From the NCBI GenBank assembly GCA_041690535.1, contig JAWLHA010000048.1, positions 1-32,000 of the forward strand: a DNA stretch of 32,000 nt. Reading direction: 5' to 3'. Numbering within the stretch: the first letter of the stretch is position 1; each line of letters begins with the position of its first letter. Source of the DNA: Gammaproteobacteria bacterium (GTDB taxonomy: Bacteria; Pseudomonadota; Gammaproteobacteria; Thiohalomonadales; Thiohalomonadaceae). Shown piece by piece: positions 12,087-17,958 of this stretch. Below the pieces are notes generated by a model. It ran no database searches. It had not been told where the DNA came from and was given only the letters and a program-made list of their open reading frames with translations. The translations under genes and the position numbers were made by a program.

Positions 12087-12132
12087 CAGCACGCAGCGCG
12101 CGCCGCTCGCGAGCGTCCCCCGGGGCGTGCTG
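12087..12132. terminator. Intergenic GC hairpin between convergent ligA and the SDR gene
   Basis: cagcacgc (12087-12094) pairs with gcgtgctg (12125-12132). An inner palindrome cgctcgcgagcg is present. There is no clear T-tract. Confidence 0.4.
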
Positions 12133-12144
12133 TTGAGCCGGCAG

Positions 12145-13077
12145 CTATCCATTAGGGTGAGCTTTCCAGTTCAGTGACTCACTAATGCCCAGCCGGTATG
12201 GCGTTGCTTTCAGGCCGAATGCGGATTCGATCTTGCTGCTGTCAAAACGATAGTCGAAGTCCAACTGATACATCATCTCTTCGTTTTCCCGAAGCACGGG
12301 CACGAAAATACCCATTATTCTTATCATCCAGCGCGGCGCTACCCACAGTTTGTAAGGCTGTTCGGCCAGTTCACACGCCAGGCGGACGAAGGCCGCTCCA
12401 GTCAATAGCTCGTTGGTGGTCGGCAGGTGCCAGGTCTGGCCAAACGCCTCTTTCGAACGCCCAAGCACAGCCACTGCACGGCCCGCATCCGGTGTGAAGG
12501 TGAAGGTGTGAATCGCATGGGGATTGCCTATCCATCGCGGCGCTTTCCCGGCCTTGATGCGCTCGAACACCAACGCATGAGGCAAGCTGTTCACCGCTCC
12601 AGGCCCGTAGAAATCCGCCGAACGCACGATCATTGCCTCCAGATTGCCGTTACCCATTTCGTCGAGCAGCATCGATGCAATCTTTGCCCGGACTTCGCCC
12701 TTCTTGCTGATCGGGTTATACGGTGTTGTCTCCGTCATTGCGCCGTCTACTCGTCCATACGCATAGACGTTATCGAAGAAGACGAGGCGAGCGCCATGCC
12801 GCTTGCAGGCATCAATTACATTGCGCATCACACGTGGCCATTGCTCCTGCCAGACAGATGCGTTGTACTTCAGGCCTGCCACGAGATAAACAACTTCGCT
12901 CCCCGAAACCGCGCTGGCCGTGGCCTTGGCATCCAACAGGTCGGCGGAAACGACCTCATCGTTCGGATTAACCCGGCGAGGATTCCGGCTTACCTGTCGG
13001 ATGGCAGGAGAAGTGGGAGCCAGCGCCCGGGATAGCTCTTGGGCAATCACGCCGTTGGCGCCGAGTATTGTATGCAT
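12145..13077 (-). CDS. NAD(P)-binding atypical SDR / NmrA-epimerase-like oxidoreductase
   Basis: The ORF track extends to 13194, but that extension runs into the MITE at 13157-13365. The ATG at 13077 gives MHTILGANGVIAQEL, a Rossmann GxxGxxA motif. GC is lower than in the flanking core genes. Confidence 0.8.
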   Translation of the reverse strand: MHTILGANGVIAQELSRALAPTSPAIRQVSRNPRRVNPNDEVVSADLLDAKATASAVSGSEVVYLVAGLKYNASVWQEQWPRVMRNVIDACKRHGARLVFFDNVYAYGRVDGAMTETTPYNPISKKGEVRAKIASMLLDEMGNGNLEAMIVRSADFYGPGAVNSLPHALVFERIKAGKAPRWIGNPHAIHTFTFTPDAGRAVAVLGRSKEAFGQTWHLPTTNELLTGAAFVRLACELAEQPYKLWVAPRWMIRIMGIFVPVLRENEEMMYQLDFDYRFDSSKIESAFGLKATPYRLGISESLNWKAHPNG

Positions 13078-13156
13078 TGTTGTCACGTCCCGAGATTGTG
13101 TTTTAATGTTGCCGAAGGGCTCTCTCGCCCCGTCTGCGGCCAAGCGTACAAAAGAA

Positions 13157-13365
13157 GTAACTACTCGCCCCCCGACTGCCTCCCGCTTATGCAAATAGTA
13201 AGATTAGGAAGCAGACTCACCGCACTCGATCCTCGCTCCTTGTCCTGTTCGTCATTCCCGCGAAGGCGGGAATCCATAAGGCACCCAGCCCAATACCCTT
13301 GGCCTCTGAAGTCCAGCACTGGATTCCCGCCTTCGCGGGAATGACGGACGGGTGTGAGTAGTTAC
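13157..13365 (+). mobile_element. 209-bp MITE (family 1, copy A) with 8-bp target site duplication
   Basis: Terminal inverted repeats are gtaactactcgc ... gtgagtagttac. Internal long inverted arms are gtcattcccgcgaaggcgggaatcc / ggattcccgccttcgcgggaatgac. The direct repeat caaaagaa flanks it at 13149-13156 and 13366-13373. Confidence 0.85.
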
Positions 13366-13598
13366 CAAAAGAACCTTAACTTCTCGGCGTTGGCTGCAGC
13401 AAATCCTTATGTCTTCTGCCATGGAATCTCACTGGATTTGATGTGCCACCCACTGTGGCCCGCGTGAACGAATTCCCTCTGGCGCGGTCAGACGCTCCTC
13501 TTCGCCCGCAGCAAGTCGCTGACCACAGAAAGGACAGTGGGTTACTCCCACAGCGGTAGACCAGATCGTGTCGCCCGCGTTTTCGAGGACAGGGATGT

Positions 13599-13677
13599 CC
13601 TGATGCCAAGCTCTGCCAAGGAAGGGCGCAACGCAACCTGACATCGGATGGCGCGCAGTCTTATGCGACGTTTAGTC
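13599..13677 (-). repeat. Degenerate attC-like repeat ending the cassette array
   Basis: The minus strand reads GACTAAACGTCGC...GTCAGGTTGCGTTGCGCCCTTCCTTGGCAGAGCTTGGC. This is homologous to the attC at 16638-16705, but the 3' GTTRRRY box is replaced by ATCAGG. It overlaps the rhodanese stop codon. Confidence 0.5.
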
Positions 13678-14064
13678 GCAGCCACAGCCTGCCGCCTTCC
13701 CACTAGACCCCGAGCCCTCCGTCTCATGTCCATCCCTTTTCCACCAATCCAGACCGCCGATGAGCTCTTTGACTCGAAAACCGATCCTTGTCATATTCAG
13801 GGCGCCCTTGGTTGAGGCGTTGCAACCGATTCCATCGCAGTAGGTGACAACCAGCGCCGTTCGATCAAGACTTGCAGTTGTTTCCTCGTTCATCGTTCTA
13901 TGGGGAATATTGATTGCCCCCGGGATGTGCTCTTTCTGATACGCCTCCGGTGAACGGGAATCGATGACGATTACGTTCTCCCCAGACTCCAAGGCAACCT
14001 TCAAGTCCCAAGAATCTGTCTCAAAGGCGAGCTTGTTTTCGTAGTGTCTCATTTGTTCGTCCAT
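13672..14064 (-). CDS. Rhodanese-like domain protein (cassette 5)
   Basis: The rhodanese fold motifs are VIDSRSPEAYQKEHIPGAINIP and the active-site loop YCDGIGCNAS. The C-terminus is Cys-rich (AAGCGCD). The ATG at 14064 is preferred over the track's GTG at 14079. Confidence 0.85.
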   Translation of the reverse strand: MDEQMRHYENKLAFETDSWDLKVALESGENVIVIDSRSPEAYQKEHIPGAINIPHRTMNEETTASLDRTALVVTYCDGIGCNASTKGALNMTRIGFRVKELIGGLDWWKRDGHETEGSGSSGKAAGCGCD

Positions 14065-14086
14065 GGATCTGTGTCTCACCTACTTT

Positions 14087-14145
14087 GCATAACATCGAAG
14101 CATTTATCTGCTGTGCGCAGCATGGCAGACAAATGCCTGTTGAAC
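14087..14145 (-). repeat. attC site (59 bp) of cassette 4
   Basis: The minus strand reads GTTCAAC-N45-GTTATGC. The inner stem is GCATTTGTCTGC / GCAGATAAATGC. R'' fits RYYYAAC and R' nearly fits GTTRRRY. The next cassette's ATG lies 23 nt downstream of R'. Confidence 0.65.
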
Positions 14146-14274
14146 CAAGCCGCTCATCCAGTTGGCACACTGTATCAATAGGGAAATGGTTTCTGAGAGG
14201 CAGGCAGTGGATGGCGTCTGGGGCAAAATGGACTCACGGCTAGCTCCTTGCGTGCTGCGTCACTGCCTTATTCT

Positions 14275-14748
14275 TTAATCGTTTGTGGATTTAGCACCAA
14301 CTTTCCATACCCCAATCACTGCCGCTGCTATTGTAAGCAAAACGTTTACTGCCCCAAAGATTGACTCCTGCATATACGCGGCCTTGTACTCTGGAAGGAG
14401 TTGGCCTTGTGCAAGAGAAAGAACAGCTATTTCTGTTGCCGAGGTTACGGCGGGCACAACGAAGAAATGTGCGTTAATAACGACCAGCATGATGAGCAGT
14501 AGCTTGAGCTGGAAAAATCTCTGTTTCAAACCATAACGTTTGTAGCCCATCCAAGCGCCGGTAATGGCAAGTAACCACATGCCGGAAAGTGTGAGGACGT
14601 TGGTGCCGGTGCTAATGATTTTTCGCCCAAAGGCGATGTTCTCCAGGCTGGCATCTTCGATAAGGGCAGAGATGACTATGAAAGTGAGAATGCTCCCCAG
14701 AAAAATTACTAGACCGCCAAGATGGACCAACTTTATTCCGCGATTCAT
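14275..14748 (-). CDS. Integral membrane protein, DUF2269-like (cassette 4)
   Basis: 157-aa ORF with four predicted TM helices. The RBS GGGGGAG precedes the ATG. The family assignment is by recollection of the DUF2269 pattern only. Confidence 0.7.
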   Translation of the reverse strand: MNRGIKLVHLGGLVIFLGSILTFIVISALIEDASLENIAFGRKIISTGTNVLTLSGMWLLAITGAWMGYKRYGLKQRFFQLKLLLIMLVVINAHFFVVPAVTSATEIAVLSLAQGQLLPEYKAAYMQESIFGAVNVLLTIAAAVIGVWKVGAKSTND

Positions 14749-14767
14749 TTCTCCCCCTTGTTGAGAC

Positions 14768-14830
14768 GACTAACGCCTATTACAGCCGAGGAAGGCCCCA
14801 TCGCGGCCTGACTTCGGCTGGAGCGGCTTC
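14768..14830 (-). repeat. attC-family repeat lacking its own R'' box (ORF-less cassette remnant)
   Basis: The minus strand reads GAAGCCGCTCCAGCCGAAGTCAGGCCGCGATGGGGCCTTCCTCGGCTGTAATAGGCGTTAGTC. It is homologous to 16638-16692 and ends in the R' box GTTAGTC. It begins directly after the R' of the preceding attC. Confidence 0.6.
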
Positions 14831-14889
14831 GTCCAACGCTAGCGCTCATCCGCGCGGCTTTTTGCGTCGGCTGTAGCGCCTTGTTGGGC
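14831..14889 (-). repeat. attC site (59 bp) of cassette 3
   Basis: The minus strand reads GCCCAAC-N45-GTTGGAC. R'' is the exact complement of the GTTGGGC that opens this cassette at 15358-15364. It has GCGCT/AGCGC L-box pairing and a CCG(A)CGC/GCGCGG stem with a bulged A. The ORF's TAG stop lies inside it. Confidence 0.75.
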
Positions 14890-15339
14890 GCCACTGCTGG
14901 AAAGAAGCCGCGGGCGGGACAGAACCGCTTCCAGCTCTTCTCTGGCACAGAACGGCCAAACGTCGAAATCTCCAGCTTCGAGGAACTGCTCCCATCGCTT
15001 TTTCTTCATCCGTTCCCACCAACCGAAGGTGAGCAGATTCACAGGCCAATTCACGATTTGGATGAACGAGTATTCAGGCCACAGATACTCTTGGTTTGAA
15101 TGCAAAAAGGCGACCCATCGTGCTATTTCCTTCCGCCCCGCGGAACCGCGACCCAGGTCACCCTCCACATAATGGGTCCGGAGGTCATCATAGAGTTGCC
15201 ACGCCATCTCCTTTACAGCAACGGCCCCCCTATCACGCCAATCTACATCCACTTCGTCCAGATCGTCGTTCGTGATGCGCCCCGAAACATACTGACGAAG
15301 CGCCTCCGCAAGGCAATTTCTTGACTCCCTATCAATCAC
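14839..15339 (-). CDS. Hypothetical protein (cassette 3)
   Basis: The ORF track starts at a TTG that lies inside the attC R' box. The GTG at 15339 is preceded by AAGGAGGAG at good spacing. No family was recognised. The protein is Trp-rich (WPEYSF, WPVNLLTFGWWERM). Confidence 0.7.
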   Translation of the reverse strand: MIDRESRNCLAEALRQYVSGRITNDDLDEVDVDWRDRGAVAVKEMAWQLYDDLRTHYVEGDLGRGSAGRKEIARWVAFLHSNQEYLWPEYSFIQIVNWPVNLLTFGWWERMKKKRWEQFLEAGDFDVWPFCAREELEAVLSRPRLLSSSGAQQGATADAKSRADER

Positions 15340-15357
15340 AGCACGCTCCTCCTTGCC

Positions 15358-15462
15358 GCCCAACGCGCGGCGCAGGCGACCGCAAAAGCGGCCCAGCCAC
15401 TGCTTGAAAGTACGCCAAAACCCGCGCCGCTTTTGCGGGTCGCCTGGAGCCGATGGTTAGCC
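15358..15462 (-). repeat. attC site (105 bp) of cassette 2
   Basis: The minus strand reads GGCTAAC-CATCG-GCTCCAG ... CTGCGCC-GCGC-GTTGGGC. A 20-bp stem CAGGCGACC(C)GCAAAAGCGGC / GCCGCTTTTGCGGTCGCCTG carries one extrahelical C. R' fits GTTRRRY exactly. Confidence 0.8.
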
Positions 15463-15465
15463 ACA

Positions 15466-15960
15466 CTACTCGGCGTAAAGGCGTTCATTGCGACCCTTAC
15501 TGGCTTTTAAGATGCGAACAAATGATGCTGATCGATCTGGTGAATGACAGACTTCGTGAAGGAGCGTGAGATCATGGTTCTTGTAATAGACCATTTCCCA
15601 GCCGCACCCCTGCTGATTGAAGCGCTGTTCCGCTTCATAATCCCAAGCATTGCCGCCAGTTGAAAATAACAGGAAGTCGTAGTTGCCGGCCGTGCCAAGC
15701 TCGTTTTCCGACTTTACTTTGGCATAATCGGTGTATGAGTAGGTTCTTCCAATATCGAAACCGACCATACCAGCCAACGCTCGATACCGTTCAATGTTTT
15801 TGTCGTCTGTCACTAGCGTGTAGACAGCGCCTGTGTACTTTGAATCAGCGCCAGCACTAGCCGTGCCCCCCGACGAGGCTGTAGTGGATTGTTGGTTTAC
15901 GCTATCGCCACAGCCCGACAGAGCCAACACTGCGATGCAAAACAGGATTGTGTTATTCAT
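15466..15960 (-). CDS. Lipoprotein, unknown function (cassette 2)
   Basis: 164-aa ORF. Its signal peptide ends in the lipobox LALSGC. The RBS GGAGAAAAG precedes the ATG. Confidence 0.8.
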   Translation of the reverse strand: MNNTILFCIAVLALSGCGDSVNQQSTTASSGGTASAGADSKYTGAVYTLVTDDKNIERYRALAGMVGFDIGRTYSYTDYAKVKSENELGTAGNYDFLLFSTGGNAWDYEAEQRFNQQGCGWEMVYYKNHDLTLLHEVCHSPDRSASFVRILKASKGRNERLYAE

Positions 15961-15979
15961 CTTTTCTCCAGAGCACCGG

Positions 15980-16640
15980 GTAGGTCAGGGCCTTACGGCC
16001 CGTTCCCCCCTAAGAACCGTACGTGCGAGTTTCCCCGCATACGGCTCAAGCCCTTCGTAAGCCGGGGCCAGCCGACTCAGCCGCTCACTTCCCGTATACT
16101 ACGCACAAACAAAGGCCTTCTGAAGCGGAGTCTTGGTTAGGGGCGGAAAAGGGGTCGGTGGCGGAAAAGGGGTCGGTGACAAACGGTAATCCAAACAATT
16201 CGCATTTGTCACCGACCCCTTAATTACCGATAAGACACCCCAACAGCATCTAGCCACCTCGCGGTGACCCACCTGGCTACGGCCTTCCCATGCCAGGAGC
16301 CCATCGGGGCTTCCCGAGTTCTACGACGTATCTCTTCCTGCATGCCACGGCCTGAGGACTCCGCCGGATCTCCACACCCTCGCCAAGGCGGGTGCTTCTG
16401 TGTTGCCTTCGGTGCACGTTAAAACCCTCGGCATCCGGATTGAGCTTTCCGAAGCTGTGCCAGCACTTCAGGGTGCGCGACCACCCCTACGGCCTACAGG
16501 ATTCTCTGTCCACGCTTAACCTGCTTTGTTCGTGATTCCACACTCCGCCACAGGTCCAAGACTCGATACGGGTGGTTGGCTAGTCCTTACCCGACGGGGA
16601 CTTTCACCCCGCAAGATACGCCGAGCTTTGCTCGGCGCGA
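15980..16640 (-). mobile_element. ORF-less group II intron (class C-like) inserted at the R' end of an attC
   Basis: On the minus strand there is a 5' hairpin CCGAGCAAAGCUCGG, the domain I motif GGGUGAAAGUCCC, a canonical 34-nt domain V, and a domain VI with a GUAA loop, a bulged A and a ...ACCUAC 3' end. No ORF of 60 aa or more lies in domain IV. The 5' end reads (A)UCGCG rather than GUGYG, so the boundaries are good to about 5 nt. Confidence 0.85.
16014..16047 (-). ncRNA. Group II intron domain V (catalytic hairpin)
   Basis: The minus strand reads GAGCCGUAUGCGGGGAAACUCGCACGUACGGUUC. It has the AGC catalytic triad, the 2-nt bulge and a GAAA tetraloop, and is 34 nt long, as in the consensus. 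Confidence 0.92.
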
Positions 16641-16705
16641 TAACGCCAAGCTCAGCCGTGGAAGGCCGCATCGCGGCCTGACGTCACTGGAGCGACGTGT
16701 TAAGC
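16638..16705 (-). repeat. attC site (68 bp) of cassette 1, carrying the intron at its R' box
   Basis: The minus strand reads GCTTAAC-ACGTC-GCTCCAG...GTCAGGCCGCGATGCGGCCTTCC...CTGAGCTTGGC-GTTATCG. R'' overlaps the TAA stop and is the exact complement of GTTAAGC at the cassette start (17436-17442). Confidence 0.8.
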
Positions 16706-17416
16706 GGTCGATTCACGTTCATACGCCTTTATTGCATCGATCACAAATTCCAACTTCGCCATAGGAATTCTGGCCCTTCGGGTACTATCATCAGAACCAT
16801 TTGCCGATAACTCCTGGGCACCAGGGAAATCTTTAATGGCATCTTCAGTTGACTTCGTTTTCGACCATATGGTTAGCGTGTACCGCCCACCGGTTCTAGT
16901 ACTTAATGCCAATCGGTAGTCCCCAATGCCGAACCTAACCGCACGTTCGTTCTTTGTGACATGGTGGTCTATGTTTAGCTCTTCTAGGTACGGCACAACT
17001 TCTGTATAGATTCGCTGAGAGCTCTTCGTGTTCTGTGCGTCTTCGGCCGCTTTCACATCTTGATCGTCTGCAACTTCTATCTCTTGTGCATCTGGATGAT
17101 AGACACGAACAAAATCAGAGACAGCGTCAACTAAGGTCTCGTTTCCATCCCAAAAGTACTCGCCATCGAGGCGCGAGTTATCCAGGATCGTGTGAAGCAT
17201 CTGCTCTACCGCCGTCGCATCAAGGCCAGTCCAGGCCCTGATGATCGATATCTTGACTGGGCTCACGGTGCCCAACAATTCACGCTCCCTTCGCTCCGGA
17301 TGGTCAGTAGTAATCCCGATCTTCTTTATCGGCGGAAAGGAAGCGTCCCCGTCGAACTTCTGCAACTTCGCAGAGAAAAGCGGTGCAGCAATGTACAAAG
17401 TGTTCTGTGCGTTCAT
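16700..17416 (-). CDS. T5orf172/MUG113 (GIY-YIG superfamily)-like N-terminal domain protein with an unknown C-terminal domain (cassette 1)
   Basis: 238-aa ORF. The stretch IKKIGITTDHPERRERELLG...AVEQMLHTILDNSRLDGEYFW matches the T5orf172 pattern (KIGxT..RR..EL...E..LH......GEWF). The C-terminal ~110 aa was not recognised. Confidence 0.7.
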   Translation of the reverse strand: MNAQNTLYIAAPLFSAKLQKFDGDASFPPIKKIGITTDHPERRERELLGTVSPVKISIIRAWTGLDATAVEQMLHTILDNSRLDGEYFWDGNETLVDAVSDFVRVYHPDAQEIEVADDQDVKAAEDAQNTKSSQRIYTEVVPYLEELNIDHHVTKNERAVRFGIGDYRLALSTRTGGRYTLTIWSKTKSTEDAIKDFPGAQELSANGSDDSTRRARIPMAKLEFVIDAIKAYERESTA

Positions 17417-17435
17417 ATTCTCCTCTCACCAGAGC

Positions 17436-17550
17436 GCTTAACAGTTGATTAGACCGACCATCCATTAACCGGAACATTCCGGTATCGGGCCATAACTTCC
17501 GCCAGACTGCCACAAATTTCCATTATTGGACATGCTGAATACTTCCATTA
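17436..17550 (-). other. Array-proximal junction, possibly an attI-like site
   Basis: The minus strand ends CTAATCAAC-T-GTTAAGC, a simple-site-like L/R box pair. It is preceded by three direct TAATGGA repeats (17461-17467, 17519-17525, 17544-17550) and the 16-bp palindrome ACCGGAACATTCCGGT (17468-17483). No integrase gene is adjacent. Confidence 0.3.
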
Positions 17551-17958
17551 ATCGACATCCGGCGCATCCCCGAGAATCCGGTCGGTGAGGCCGAGGTCGG
17601 CGGCAACGGCATACGGGACGATCCAGGCGCGGCGCGTGGTGTCCCAGGTACCTCCGGCGGCCTTCACCGTCGCGCGCAGCGCGGTTTCGTCGTAAGCAAT
17701 CCGCACGTGCACCCGCTGATTGGGGCGGGGAAAGAGGCGCCGCTCCTGCGGCGTGCGGGTCGCCCTGGGGCCTTCATCGATGATGAGTTCCACGGTGGTG
17801 AACCGGCGATCACTCTCTGCGTCGTGGCGGTATCGGACAATAAGAAGGCGGTCGCCGAAGCGGCGCTGTAGACGCTTGGTGCCCGGCTGGCCGGGGCGGA
17901 GCGGTTTGATAACATCCATGTGCATACCTCTCGGATTCCTTTCCAGGGATAGTGTCAT
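17548..17958 (-). CDS. Hypothetical protein. The C-terminal motif resembles the small domain GxWDxxxxxWxVP found in phage/plasmid proteins.
   Basis: 136-aa high-GC ORF. The more likely start is the ATG at 17919 (MDVIKPL), preceded by GAGAGG. The C-terminus reads AAGGTWDTTRRAWIVPY. Confidence 0.6.
   Translation of the reverse strand: MTLSLERNPRGMHMDVIKPLRPGQPGTKRLQRRFGDRLLIVRYRHDAESDRRFTTVELIIDEGPRATRTPQERRLFPRPNQRVHVRIAYDETALRATVKAAGGTWDTTRRAWIVPYAVAADLGLTDRILGDAPDVD

Noticed and set aside
12087-12138. Possible sixth attC after the SDR gene (the minus strand has GCTCAAC followed by a hairpin)
   Set aside because: Only the R''-like box is present, and the 3' side reads GCCCACC instead of GTTRRRY. 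It is kept only as an intergenic hairpin.
13429-13644. 71-aa ORF with a CPFC motif (possible zinc ribbon) downstream of the rhodanese cassette
   Set aside because: Its start lies inside the degenerate attC repeat, it has only one CxxC pair, and there is no RBS or recognisable family. It is probably a chance frame in cassette-remnant DNA.
16143-16178. Tandem 18-nt repeat considered as a CRISPR or minisatellite
   Set aside because: There are only two copies, with no spacers, and the repeat lies inside the group II intron.
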